Below, piece after piece: positions 28,046 to 37,027 of a DNA stretch of 64,000 nucleotides. Position 1 is the stretch's first letter. Every line of letters starts with the position of its first letter. The position numbers were made by a program, and so were the translations under genes. Where the stretch lies: the NCBI GenBank assembly GCA_035525215.1, contig DATLEY010000161.1:8483-72482 (forward strand). The letters run 5' to 3'. The stretch is from Thermoanaerobaculia bacterium (lineage in GTDB: Bacteria > Acidobacteriota > Thermoanaerobaculia > Gp7-AA8). A model generated the notes under the pieces. That model was not told the origin of the DNA, ran no database searches, and was given only the letters and a program-made list of their open reading frames with translations.

Positions 28046-28260
28046 TCTTCGTCGTCGAGGAAGTCCGACTCCGGCTCGGGCGGCGGAGTGAGCGACCAGA
28101 GGATGGCTTTCTGATCGATCTCTTCCATCGCGATCCGGGTCGGCTTCGCAAACCGGGTTCGGAGCTTGGTCGGCGAGCCTTCGATGAGATCTTCCGCTCG
28201 CTTCGACACGAGCAGCACGTATCTGAATTTACTGTCGATTCCCTCAGGCAAGCGATCCAC
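28042..28260 (-). CDS. rpoZ: DNA-directed RNA polymerase subunit omega
   Basis: 72 aa. The FRYVLLVSKRAEDL core matches RpoZ. Sits in the conserved gmk-rpoZ context. Confidence 0.7.
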   Translation of the reverse strand: MDRLPEGIDSKFRYVLLVSKRAEDLIEGSPTKLRTRFAKPTRIAMEEIDQKAILWSLTPPPEPESDFLDDEE

Positions 28261-28927
28261 TGCGTTCCTCCTTGAAGCGCCGCGCCATCTCGCGCAGCGC
28301 CTGCATGGCCGATTTCGATTTCAGTTTTCGCGCGATGACCGCAGCCTTGAGGCTGTCCACCGCCACTTCGAGGTTGTCGTTGATGATCACGTAGTCGTAG
28401 AACGGAAGCCCCTGTTCGATTTCTTCGCGCGCTTTCTCCAGCCGCCCTTCGATCTCGGCCTGGTCATTCGCTCCCCTCGCTTCGAGCCGGTGCCGCAGGA
28501 CCTCGAAGCTCGGGGGAAACAGAAACAGGCTCAGTGAATGGGACTGAAGATCCGCGTTGCTCGCGATCTGCCGGGCCCCCTGGACGTCGATGTCGAGGAT
28601 CACGTCCTCCCCCCGGTCCAGGCGGGTCTGCACCTCTCCTTTGGAGGTGCCGTACATTTGCCCGTGAACATGGGCCCATTCGATAAATTCCCCATTACGA
28701 GTCATTTGCTCGAACTGGGGACGCTCGACGAAGTAGTAGTCCTTCCCCTCCTTCTCCCCCTCGCGGATCGCCCGCGTGGTGTGCGAAACGGAGAAGTGAA
28801 GGCGGATTCCGATCTTTTCCAGATCGATGCGGGCCCGGTCGATCAGGGTCGTTTTCCCGGCCCCCGACGGACCCGAGACGATGAACAGCGTCCCGTCGGG
28901 ATGAAAATTGACCGAGTCATTCGACAT
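28244..28927 (-). CDS. gmk: Guanylate kinase
   Basis: GPSGAGKTT P-loop and a guanylate kinase fold sequence. Confidence 0.9.
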   Translation of the reverse strand: MSNDSVNFHPDGTLFIVSGPSGAGKTTLIDRARIDLEKIGIRLHFSVSHTTRAIREGEKEGKDYYFVERPQFEQMTRNGEFIEWAHVHGQMYGTSKGEVQTRLDRGEDVILDIDVQGARQIASNADLQSHSLSLFLFPPSFEVLRHRLEARGANDQAEIEGRLEKAREEIEQGLPFYDYVIINDNLEVAVDSLKAAVIARKLKSKSAMQALREMARRFKEERSGSLA

Positions 28928-29807
28928 TCTGGACCTGCTCGCGAATCCGCTCCACGGCGGTCTTCAATTCTACAACGATGCTCCGCATCGCCGCGGATCG
29001 CGACTTCTGCCCAGCCGTATTGATCTCCCGCAGAAGCTCCTGAGAGAGAAAATCGAGCTTTTTCCCGGCGGGCTCCGAGGATCCCATAAGCCCCTCCATC
29101 TGGCGCAGATGGCTCTCCGCACGCGAAAGCTCCTCGGCGATGTCCCCCCGCTCGACCTGAATCACGGTTTCCTGCGCCAGGCGATCGGAATCCATCGCCA
29201 CGCCCGCCCCTTTCGCCAGCTCCTCCACCCTCTGGAGATAGGACTGCAGCGACTCCTGCTGAACCGTCTCGCGAAGCTCCGCGAGCGAGGCGAACCCGCT
29301 CCGAGCCTCCGCCAGTCGCGACTCGATGTCTCCCTGAAGCGCCTTCCCTTCGTTCTCGCGCATCTTCTCGAGCATCTCGAACGCCTGCCCGACGAGGACG
29401 AGAACGCTTTTCTGCTCCCCTTCCTCCAGCTCCGGCTCCTTCGCCACCACCTGCACGAGATCCGGAATCCTCAGCAGATCAGAAGCGCTCAACTTCGCTT
29501 CCAATCCGAAATCTTCGAGAAGGGCCTTGAGCTCGGGGAGGACGCGGTCCGCAATCTTTCTCGCCAGCCGGATCTCGTAGTCGGGATCCGAAGTGCGGCT
29601 CACCCGGATGGTGACGTCGACTTTTCCGCGCGAGAACGTCTCGGACGCGAGCGAGCGAATCGCCGGCTCCAGCTCCCAGAACACCTCGGGAACCCGAACG
29701 GAGACCTCGAGATACCGATGGTTGACGCTCCGGGTGATGACCGAGATCGCGAACCGCTCCCCAACCGTTCCGGCGGCGCGGCCGAATCCCGTCATGCTTC
29801 GAATCAT
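28917..29807 (-). CDS. yicC: YicC/YloC family stress-induced protein
   Basis: MIRSMTGFGRA... canonical YicC N-terminus. 296 aa. Upstream of gmk as in many bacteria. Confidence 0.85.
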   Translation of the reverse strand: MIRSMTGFGRAAGTVGERFAISVITRSVNHRYLEVSVRVPEVFWELEPAIRSLASETFSRGKVDVTIRVSRTSDPDYEIRLARKIADRVLPELKALLEDFGLEAKLSASDLLRIPDLVQVVAKEPELEEGEQKSVLVLVGQAFEMLEKMRENEGKALQGDIESRLAEARSGFASLAELRETVQQESLQSYLQRVEELAKGAGVAMDSDRLAQETVIQVERGDIAEELSRAESHLRQMEGLMGSSEPAGKKLDFLSQELLREINTAGQKSRSAAMRSIVVELKTAVERIREQVQNVE

Positions 29808-29904
29808 CGCGCGGTTTTATACCATGCAGCCGCCGGTAGAAAAGGAGAGACGACAGCCGCCGGAAGGTGGCTGAAGTCTCTCTGGAGCTGAAGCACTGCG
29901 CGCG

Positions 29905-30696
29905 TCAGCTGCTGCGGCCGTAACGCGAGCGGAAAGTGTTGTAATCGTTGGTGTTCGTGACGAGTCGGGAGTTTCCCGGAAGCTTGGCGATCTCGCTGCG
30001 GACCAGTTCGATGCGGGATTCCGTGACCGGGTGCGACGAGAAGAAACGCTCCACGGCTCCCGGGCTGCGCTGACGCCGAGCCAGGAGCTCTTCGAACATC
30101 GACGCCATCCCCTCGGGGTTGTAGCCAGCCGCGTGCATCCAGCGGGTCCCGAGGACGTCGGACTCCCGCTCGGCGTCCCTGCCATAGCTGGCCATGGCGC
30201 CTCCCGCGACGATCTGCGCGAGGATCTGCTGGTAGGCCGCGGGATTCTGTCCAAGGAGCACGCTCGCCAGGATGTTGATCCCCTGGGCGCGCGACATCTG
30301 CTCGGTGCCGTGACGTTGAACGCCGTGCGCGATCTCATGAGCCATCACGCCCGCGAGCTCGGCGACGTTGTCCGCGGCGCCGATGAGACCCGTCGTCACG
30401 TAGACATGTCCGCCTGGAATGTTGAACGCGTTGACCTCGGGGGAGTCGATGATGTGAAACCCCCAGGGGAGATTCGCCATGGGAGTCTGCGCCACCAGGC
30501 GCTGCCCGAGCTGAGTGATGTAGGCGTTCGCCGCCTGATCCCGGACCACAGGCATCTGGCGCTCGATGTCGGCCGCCAGCTGCTGGCCGAGCCGCCACTC
30601 CTCCTCGAGCGAGATCATGTTGAAGCCGCCGCCGGAAGAGCATCCGGTGATCAGGACTGCAACGATGGCAAGTGCTGAGAGCCGCGCTGATTTCAC
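29905..30696 (-). CDS. M48-family zinc metalloprotease lipoprotein
   Basis: HEIAH zinc motif. Lipobox LITGCSS after a signal peptide. Confidence 0.7.
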   Translation of the reverse strand: MKSARLSALAIVAVLITGCSSGGGFNMISLEEEWRLGQQLAADIERQMPVVRDQAANAYITQLGQRLVAQTPMANLPWGFHIIDSPEVNAFNIPGGHVYVTTGLIGAADNVAELAGVMAHEIAHGVQRHGTEQMSRAQGINILASVLLGQNPAAYQQILAQIVAGGAMASYGRDAERESDVLGTRWMHAAGYNPEGMASMFEELLARRQRSPGAVERFFSSHPVTESRIELVRSEIAKLPGNSRLVTNTNDYNTFRSRYGRSS

Positions 30697-30747
30697 GATT
30701 CAACCTCCTGGTTTGCGGAGGTTATTGAGAGCAACTCCCCTGCCATG

Positions 30748-31172
30748 AGGGAGAGTGCTGAGTCCTGAGTGCTGAGCCTGAGTGCTGAGCCTGAGTGGCT
30801 GAGTCCTGAGTGCTGAGCCTGAGTGCTGAGCCCTGAGGGGCGAGTGCTGAGTCCTGAGGGGCGAGTGCTGAGTGCTGAGGGGGCCAGAGCTGAGTCCTGA
30901 GTAGCTCTGGGCGGCCCGGGCCGGCACGCCTACTCCTGAGTGCAGTAGGGGCGGCGGACTGAACCGTTGGCCTTCAAGCTCCGGAGCCGGCCGAAACCGG
31001 GGGAACTCCGCTCAACCCACCTCAGGACTTACCAAGCGCTCAGGACTCATCCCCTCGGCACTCTTACTCAGCACTCAGCACTCGATCCTCAGCACTCAGG
31101 ACTCTCACTCAGCACTCAGAACTCGTCCCTCAGCACTCTCACTCAGCACTCGATCCTCAGTACTCTTCCTTA
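30748..31172. repeat. Large imperfect palindromic array of 7-8-bp CTGAG(T/C)(G/C)C units
   Basis: About 19 CTGAG units in 30752-30905. About 11 reverse-complement CTCAG units in 31040-31170. These flank a ~115-bp unique core. Fills the ykgJ-M48 intergenic spacer. Confidence 0.8.
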
Positions 31173-31568
31173 CCCGAGCTCGTACGGAATGAAGTCGGGA
31201 TCGTCCTGGTGGTCGCGCTCGAAGGCGAGAAAATCGTAGTAGCCGCAGCGTCGTCCCTCGGGATAGCTGCGGCAGACGTTCGGGCGCGCCTCGTAGATCG
31301 TGCAGCGCCGCGTCTCCTTGTCGAGGAACTGGCAGACGGTTCCGTACACCTTGTCCTTTTGATGACGGAGCGCGCGATGTCCCTCGACGAGCTTCGTGAA
31401 TTTACGCTCGGCGGCTTCCGGGGTGAGGCTGAAGTGCTTGGCGAGCCGCTTGACATCCCGCTTCGTGACGTCGATTCGCTCGTAGCTGCAGCAGTAGGCG
31501 GGGCACTTGAGGCAATCGAAGAGTGGCTTGAGGTTTCCGGGAAGCTCCGCGGGCTTGGCTCTGGACAA
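31170..31568 (-). CDS. YkgJ-family (CxxCxxCC, UPF0153) cysteine-cluster protein
   Basis: [10 protein letters not shown] motif plus further conserved Cys residues. 132 aa. Confidence 0.6.
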   Translation of the reverse strand: MSRAKPAELPGNLKPLFDCLKCPAYCCSYERIDVTKRDVKRLAKHFSLTPEAAERKFTKLVEGHRALRHQKDKVYGTVCQFLDKETRRCTIYEARPNVCRSYPEGRRCGYYDFLAFERDHQDDPDFIPYELG

Positions 31569-31673
31569 ACAGGACCTCTCAATCGGGTGAAGAGCCGGCC
31601 ACTCGGTTGTGATTGCGAATCAAATCGATCGCGCTCTCGAGAGTCGCTCGTTTCGTCTCTGCCCCGAAGCAGT

Positions 31674-32492
31674 TTAAGGCATCCCGGGCTCGCGGGTCAC
31701 TTCTCCCGTCATGGGAACGAACCGCACGGGGATGGTGCGATGCTCGGTAACGCCTTCAGCGGTTTTGGTCACGATGACCAGCTCCTGGTACCAGTCGCCG
31801 ACGGGAATGACCAGACGCCCGTCGACTGCGAGCTGGTCGATGAGAGGCTGGGGGATGAAACGTGGAGCGGCGGTGACGATGATCGCGTCGAAAGGAGCTT
31901 CCTCGGGCCAGCCGCGATAGCCGTCGCCGTGCCGGACTTTCACATTCTGATATCCGAGAGTCTTCAGCGTCTTCTCGCTCTGCTCGGCGAGCTCCGGGAC
32001 GATCTCGATCGTGTAGACGTCCCTGACGATCTCCGCGAGAACGGCCGCCTGATATCCCGATCCCGTCCCCACTTCGAGCACGCGGTCGCCTGCACTGAGT
32101 CCGAGGGCCTGAGTCATGTAGGCGACGATGTAGGGCTGAGAGATCGTCTGGTCATGTCCGATCTGAAGAGGACGATCCTCGTAGGCATGCGTCGCCTGCG
32201 AAGTCGGAACGAAGCGATGGCGGGGAACGCGCCGCATCGCATCGAGCACCGCCTGATTGGTGATTCCTCGCGCCGTGATCTGTTCAGCGACCATCCGCTG
32301 GCGCGCCCTCGTCTGCGGATCGTTCGCGCCGGTCAGGTCTCCATCCCGCCCCTCCCGGACCCCCTCGAGGGCGCAACCGGCGAGAGCGGCAATGAGGATC
32401 AAAGTCCAGGAGAGACGCGGCACGTAGCGCATTATAGGGGCCTTCGCTCGCCGATCCCTGGTCATCGACTCGAACGTAACGGTTCGGTTCAT
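31674..32492 (-). CDS. pcm: Protein-L-isoaspartate O-methyltransferase with N-terminal lipoprotein-type signal peptide
   Basis: PIMT motifs ([13 protein letters not shown], post-I/II blocks). The N-terminus [20 protein letters not shown] looks like a lipoprotein signal. The alternative start at 32432 would give the signal peptide directly. Confidence 0.75.
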   Translation of the reverse strand: MNRTVTFESMTRDRRAKAPIMRYVPRLSWTLILIAALAGCALEGVREGRDGDLTGANDPQTRARQRMVAEQITARGITNQAVLDAMRRVPRHRFVPTSQATHAYEDRPLQIGHDQTISQPYIVAYMTQALGLSAGDRVLEVGTGSGYQAAVLAEIVRDVYTIEIVPELAEQSEKTLKTLGYQNVKVRHGDGYRGWPEEAPFDAIIVTAAPRFIPQPLIDQLAVDGRLVIPVGDWYQELVIVTKTAEGVTEHRTIPVRFVPMTGEVTREPGMP

Positions 32493-32539
32493 CCTCAGTG
32501 ACTCATCGTCGACCGCGCAGGCTGGCGGACCCGAGAGAG

Positions 32540-32569
32540 ATGGCGGCGGACGAGCCCGTCCGCCGCCAT
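32540..32569 (-). terminator. GC hairpin downstream of the M16 peptidase gene
   Basis: ATGGCGGCGGACG-agccc-CGTCCGCCGCCAT perfect 13-bp stem. No U-tract follows. Confidence 0.3.
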
Positions 32570-32584
32570 GGGCGAGGCCAGCGC

Positions 32585-34066
32585 TCAGGGAACCGTCTGC
32601 GGGTTCCCGTCGATGTCATAGACCGTCACGGGATAGCCGAGGGTCTCGAGCGGTTCGCGAATCGCCCCGGCTTTGCCGACGATCACGATGGCGGAGCGGT
32701 CCGGATTCAGATAACGGTTCGCGACGCGCTGAACGTCGGCCTCCGTCACCGCCGCGATGCGCTCGCGGTAATGATCGAAGTAATCCTCGGGGAGGCCATA
32801 CAGCTCCAGGTCCGTCAGCCGGTTCGCGAGATCCCAGGCGCTCTCCACGGTCGAGGGAAAAATGCCGGCCTGATAGTTCTTCGCTGCCGAAAGCTCCGTC
32901 TCCGTCACGGCTCCGGAACGAATGCCTCGCAGCTCATTCATGATCTCGGTGACCGCCGGGAGCGTCACCTCCGTACGCACGGGTGTGCTGACGGTGAACG
33001 GGCCGGGCTCCCTTCTCCAGGTGAAGGAGGAACGAGCCCCGTAGGTGTAGCCGTGCCGTTCACGAAGATTGAGGTTGATGCGGGAGCCGAAGTTCCCGCC
33101 GAGAATCGTGTTCATGATCAGGAGTGGGAAGTAATCTTCCGTCGAACGAGCCACGCCGGGGTGGCCGACGCGGATCTCCGACTGGACCGCCTGGGGACGG
33201 TCGATCACGTAGATCCGGCTCGCATCGATGGCCGCCGGGGAGACGGCGACCGGCGTGACCGCGGGGCCCCGCGCCCACCCCGAGAAATACTTCCTCGCCA
33301 GCTCGACTGCCACGGCAGGCTGGATGTCGCCGGTAATGATAATCGTCGCGTCGTTGGGCACGTAGTGACGGCGGTAGAAATCCTGAACGTCACTCCGGGT
33401 GATGCCGCTCACGGTCGATTGGAGGCCGATGACCGGGCGCCCATACGCGGTGTCGCCGTAGACGACCGACGCAAAACGCTGATTCGCCACGATCGAGGCG
33501 TTGTCTCTCTGCTGGAGAATGCTCGCCAGACGCTGCTGTCGAAGGCGATCGATGTCCGCGGCCGGAAAGTCCGGACGGAGCAGGACGTCGGCGGCCAGCG
33601 CGAGCGCGGGCTCGAAGCGGTTGCTGAGGACGTCGAACCCCGTGCCGCTCATATCCCAGTCCGACCAGGACGAGAACGAGGTCCCGAGGTTGCCGAAGCT
33701 CTCGGCGATCTGGAGCGCTGTCTTGCCGGCCGCTCCTTCGTCGAGCGCGTCGGCCGTGAAGGACGCCAAACCGGCCTTGCGCGAGGGATCATGCTCCGCC
33801 CCCGAGCGCACCATGGTCCGGAAGGTCACGATCGGAGCGCTGCGATTCTCCGCCACGAGAACTCGAAGACCGTTGTCGAGAGTGACGCGAGTGACATCCG
33901 GAAACTCATAGGGACGAGGCGTGAGCGGGGCCGGCGCGGTGGCGCGGAAGTCCTCGGCCGCCGCGGCAGTCGTGGCGGCTGGCTCCGGAGAGGGCGCAGG
34001 GGGCGGAGTGGTCGTGCAGCCGGTGATCAATGCGACGATTGCGAGGCTCGTGATCAGACGTCTCAT
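32585..34066 (-). CDS. M16-family (pitrilysin-like) peptidase subunit, lipoprotein, probably non-catalytic partner
   Basis: M16 fold sequence without a clear HxxEH motif. Lipobox LITGC. 4-nt overlap with the upstream M16 gene. Confidence 0.7.
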   Translation of the reverse strand: MRRLITSLAIVALITGCTTTPPPAPSPEPAATTAAAAEDFRATAPAPLTPRPYEFPDVTRVTLDNGLRVLVAENRSAPIVTFRTMVRSGAEHDPSRKAGLASFTADALDEGAAGKTALQIAESFGNLGTSFSSWSDWDMSGTGFDVLSNRFEPALALAADVLLRPDFPAADIDRLRQQRLASILQQRDNASIVANQRFASVVYGDTAYGRPVIGLQSTVSGITRSDVQDFYRRHYVPNDATIIITGDIQPAVAVELARKYFSGWARGPAVTPVAVSPAAIDASRIYVIDRPQAVQSEIRVGHPGVARSTEDYFPLLIMNTILGGNFGSRINLNLRERHGYTYGARSSFTWRREPGPFTVSTPVRTEVTLPAVTEIMNELRGIRSGAVTETELSAAKNYQAGIFPSTVESAWDLANRLTDLELYGLPEDYFDHYRERIAAVTEADVQRVANRYLNPDRSAIVIVGKAGAIREPLETLGYPVTVYDIDGNPQTVP

Positions 34067-35469
34067 TGCGCACCTCCTGCAGGAGTGGTCTTCTTCGGCA
34101 CGTAAGTCACCGTGACCCGGTTCTCGGGAGCGAGGAACGCTCGGGCCGCATTCTGAACGTCAGCCACCGTTACTGCATCGATCCGATCGTCGATTCGATT
34201 GACTTCGCGGGGATCACCGAAATACGTGGCGGCCATCGAGAGCTGATCCGCGCGCGATGCGAACTCGGCGAGAGACAACGCGATCTCGGTCTTCCACCCG
34301 TTGCGCGCGCGCTCCAGCTCCGTGGCCGAGGGGCCCTGTTCGATGAGTCTGCGGATCTCGCTCTCCGCCGAGGCTTCCGCGCGCTCCGGCGTGATTCCGG
34401 GCTTCGGCTGGATCCACATGGCGAGCATGGAGGCTTTCTCGCTCGGCCAGACGAACGCGTTCACGCTCTGCGCGATCTGTTGCTCCAGGACGAGCGCGCG
34501 CTCCAGACGGCTCGCCTTCCCGTCGGCCAGGATGCGGACCAGCAGATTCGCGGTCACCCATCCCGCCTCGCGGATGGGAGGGACCCTGTACATTCTGTAG
34601 ACCCGAGGCAGCTGGACGACCGCTTCGATCGTGCGCCGCTTTTCGCCGCCGAGCGGCTGGAGCGTGGCGTCCACGGCGGGCTTCGCCGGGCCTGCCGGGA
34701 TGGGACCGAAATATCGCGCCACCAGCTTGCGTGTCTGCGCCGGATCGAAGTCGCCGACGATGGTCAGCACCGCGTTGCTCGGGCTGTAGTACGTCCGGAA
34801 AAACTGGCGTACGTCCTCCATCTCGGCAGCCGTCAGATCGTCCATCGATCCGATCGTCGGCCATGAATAAGGATGAGTTGGGGGGAAAAGAAGGCGGAGC
34901 TGATCCTCGATCCAGGTTCCGTAGGGAACGTTGTCATAGCGCTGCCGGCGCTCCTCTTTGACGACCTGCTTCTGAACGTCGAGCTTCGCCTGATCGAGCG
35001 CCGGAAGAAAGAAGCCCATCCGGTCCGCCTCGAGCCAGAGAGCCATCGGCAGGTAGTGGGACGGAACCGTTTCGTAATAGTTGGTTCGATCGAACGACGT
35101 GGAGCCGTTCAGGACGCCCCCCACCGACTGGATGTACCCGAAATGCGCGTTGTTCCCGACGTTCTCCGAGCCCGAAAAGAGCATGTGCTCGAACAGGTGC
35201 GCGAATCCGGTGCGACCCGGCCGTTCATTGGCGGAACCGACGTAGTACCAGAGGTTCACTGCAACAAGCGGCGTGGAATGATCCTCATTGAGCACTACGC
35301 GCAGCCCGTTGGGAAGAACGTAATCCTGAATCTCCAGATCGGCGCCTGGCGAGGCCGCGGGAAGCAGCGCGACCATCAGGACGATCGCGAGACGTTTCGC
35401 CATCCTCATACTTTTCCTCCTCGATGAAATTGAGTTTCGATCATCCGGACCCCGTGAGCGGGCGCTCAC
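34063..35469 (-). CDS. M16-family zinc peptidase (HxxEH active-site subunit)
   Basis: The HLFEHMLF inverted zinc-binding motif and N-terminal signal peptide are both present. Confidence 0.8.
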   Translation of the reverse strand: MSARSRGPDDRNSISSRRKSMRMAKRLAIVLMVALLPAASPGADLEIQDYVLPNGLRVVLNEDHSTPLVAVNLWYYVGSANERPGRTGFAHLFEHMLFSGSENVGNNAHFGYIQSVGGVLNGSTSFDRTNYYETVPSHYLPMALWLEADRMGFFLPALDQAKLDVQKQVVKEERRQRYDNVPYGTWIEDQLRLLFPPTHPYSWPTIGSMDDLTAAEMEDVRQFFRTYYSPSNAVLTIVGDFDPAQTRKLVARYFGPIPAGPAKPAVDATLQPLGGEKRRTIEAVVQLPRVYRMYRVPPIREAGWVTANLLVRILADGKASRLERALVLEQQIAQSVNAFVWPSEKASMLAMWIQPKPGITPERAEASAESEIRRLIEQGPSATELERARNGWKTEIALSLAEFASRADQLSMAATYFGDPREVNRIDDRIDAVTVADVQNAARAFLAPENRVTVTYVPKKTTPAGGAQ

Positions 35470-35580
35470 GTTCCACGTCCGGAGGAGAGGGCGATCTTAT
35501 CGCGAGTCGTCCTCCGGAAGGGCACCTGGAACCTTCTTCGCAAGGAGAGGCAGACTCGTCCGTCGAAAGGGGTTTCCAAC

Positions 35581-36363
35581 GTGGACCATGCCGTGTCGCT
35601 CGTCCAGGCATACCTTCAGCTCAACGGCTACTTCACCTCTTCCGAATATCCCATCGTCGCCGCCTCGGCCGACGGAAAGAAGTTCCGCACGGTCACGGAC
35701 ATCGATCTCCTGGCCTTCCGCTTCCCCACCACCGGCCGCGCCCTGGAGGGGAGCCTGCTCGCCGCCGGAATCGCCAGGCCGGATCCCGACCTGGCCACCC
35801 CGCGAGACCAGATCGACATGATCATCGGCGAAGTGAAGGAGGGCCGGGTCAACTTCAATGTGAGCGCCACCGAGAAGGAAGTGCTCGCCGCGGCGCTCGA
35901 CCGGTTCGGATGTCCTGAGCAGGACATCCCGACCCTGGTGGAAGGTCTCCGCGCTGAGGGGGCAGTGGTCACCGACGCCGGCTACCGGGTGCGGCTGATC
36001 GCTTTCGGCGCGATGCCGCCGGGCGATGAGGTCCCCCCCTGCCGGATCATTTCGCTCGGTCATGTTCTTCAATTTCTCCAGACCTATGTGCGGGACAACT
36101 GGGCCATGTTGAGGCAGTGCCAGTTCAAGGACCCGGCGCTCGGATTTCTCATGACGCTCGAAAAAGCGAAGCGTGGGGGAGCCGGACGGAGAGGAAAAGG
36201 GGGCGTGGAGGTGGTTCCGGGGCCGAACGAAAACGAGGCGGCCGCCGCCTCGAACAGCGAGCAGTCGCGCCGCAGGACCGATTTCTCGTCGGCACACCGC
36301 CCCGCTCCGATGCGCGCGAAGCCGACGACACCGCGAGGGCAGAAAGCTACGGGGAGGAAGTAG
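35581..36363 (+). CDS. Hypothetical protein with PD-(D/E)xK nuclease-like motif and Arg/Lys-rich C-terminal tail
   Basis: GTG start with an AAAGGGG ribosome-binding site. D (in TDIDLLAF) followed 37 aa later by EVK fits the restriction-endonuclease-like signature. The last ~70 aa are R/K/G-rich low complexity. One of the few plus-strand genes. Confidence 0.45.
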   Translation: MDHAVSLVQAYLQLNGYFTSSEYPIVAASADGKKFRTVTDIDLLAFRFPTTGRALEGSLLAAGIARPDPDLATPRDQIDMIIGEVKEGRVNFNVSATEKEVLAAALDRFGCPEQDIPTLVEGLRAEGAVVTDAGYRVRLIAFGAMPPGDEVPPCRIISLGHVLQFLQTYVRDNWAMLRQCQFKDPALGFLMTLEKAKRGGAGRRGKGGVEVVPGPNENEAAAASNSEQSRRRTDFSSAHRPAPMRAKPTTPRGQKATGRK

Positions 36364-37027
36364 ATGCTTCACTCCAGAGCTTCGAAAACTCGCGCTCCCC
36401 TTCCACGGAGAGCTCGGTGATCGCTCTCTCGACCTGAACGCGCTGGACCTCGAGCTCGGCCGGAGTCGATTCCGGGGGGATCGCGATGGGGCCGCCGTAC
36501 CGGAAGAGAACCCGCGAGAAAGGGTGCGGAATCTCGAAGCCATCCCACGATCCGAGTACGAATTTCTTTTCCGCGACGACCGCGGCGGGAACGATGGGGT
36601 GACCGGTGATGCGCGCCGCTCCGATCAGGCCGGGCTGGACGATGCGCCGCGGCCCGCGTGGCCCGTCCGGCGTCAGGATCAGATTCCATCCATCGCGCGC
36701 GAGACGGATCATGCCGCGGAGCGCCTCGGAGCCTCCTCGGGAGGAGGATCCCCGGGCGATTCCGAGACCGAAACGGTTCATGGTCCGGGCGATCAACTCG
36801 CCATCCCGATGGTTGGAGATCATGACGACGGCCGGGCGTGCAAACCGCCCGTAGATCATCACCATGATCTGGCCGTGCCAGAAGGCGTAGAGATAGCGCT
36901 CTCCGCGACGGTTCAATGCGTCGATGTTCTCGATCCCGGAGTGCCGGACCCGCAAGGTCGCGTGAAGAGTCCTGATGAACATCGCGGCGACCGGAGGGAC
37001 AAGGCGGAGCGTGAGATCACGTTTCAC
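36347..37027 (-). CDS. DUF374-family lysophospholipid acyltransferase-like protein
   Basis: 226 aa with the YAFWHG block typical of DUF374. Sits next to msbA/lpxB as in many lipid A/Kdo loci. Confidence 0.6.
   Translation of the reverse strand: MKRDLTLRLVPPVAAMFIRTLHATLRVRHSGIENIDALNRRGERYLYAFWHGQIMVMIYGRFARPAVVMISNHRDGELIARTMNRFGLGIARGSSSRGGSEALRGMIRLARDGWNLILTPDGPRGPRRIVQPGLIGAARITGHPIVPAAVVAEKKFVLGSWDGFEIPHPFSRVLFRYGGPIAIPPESTPAELEVQRVQVERAITELSVEGEREFSKLWSEASTSSP

Noticed and set aside
30748-31172. Possible CRISPR array
   Set aside because: Units are only 7-8 bp, contiguous with no spacers. They are arranged as an inverted palindrome, and there are no cas genes in the window.
30700-31239. 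Two small ORFs (75 and 90 aa) inside the repeat array
   Set aside because: Their translations (…TQHSPLRTQHSPLRAQHSG…, …LSTLTQHSILSTL…) simply mirror the CTGAG repeat periodicity. They are not genes.
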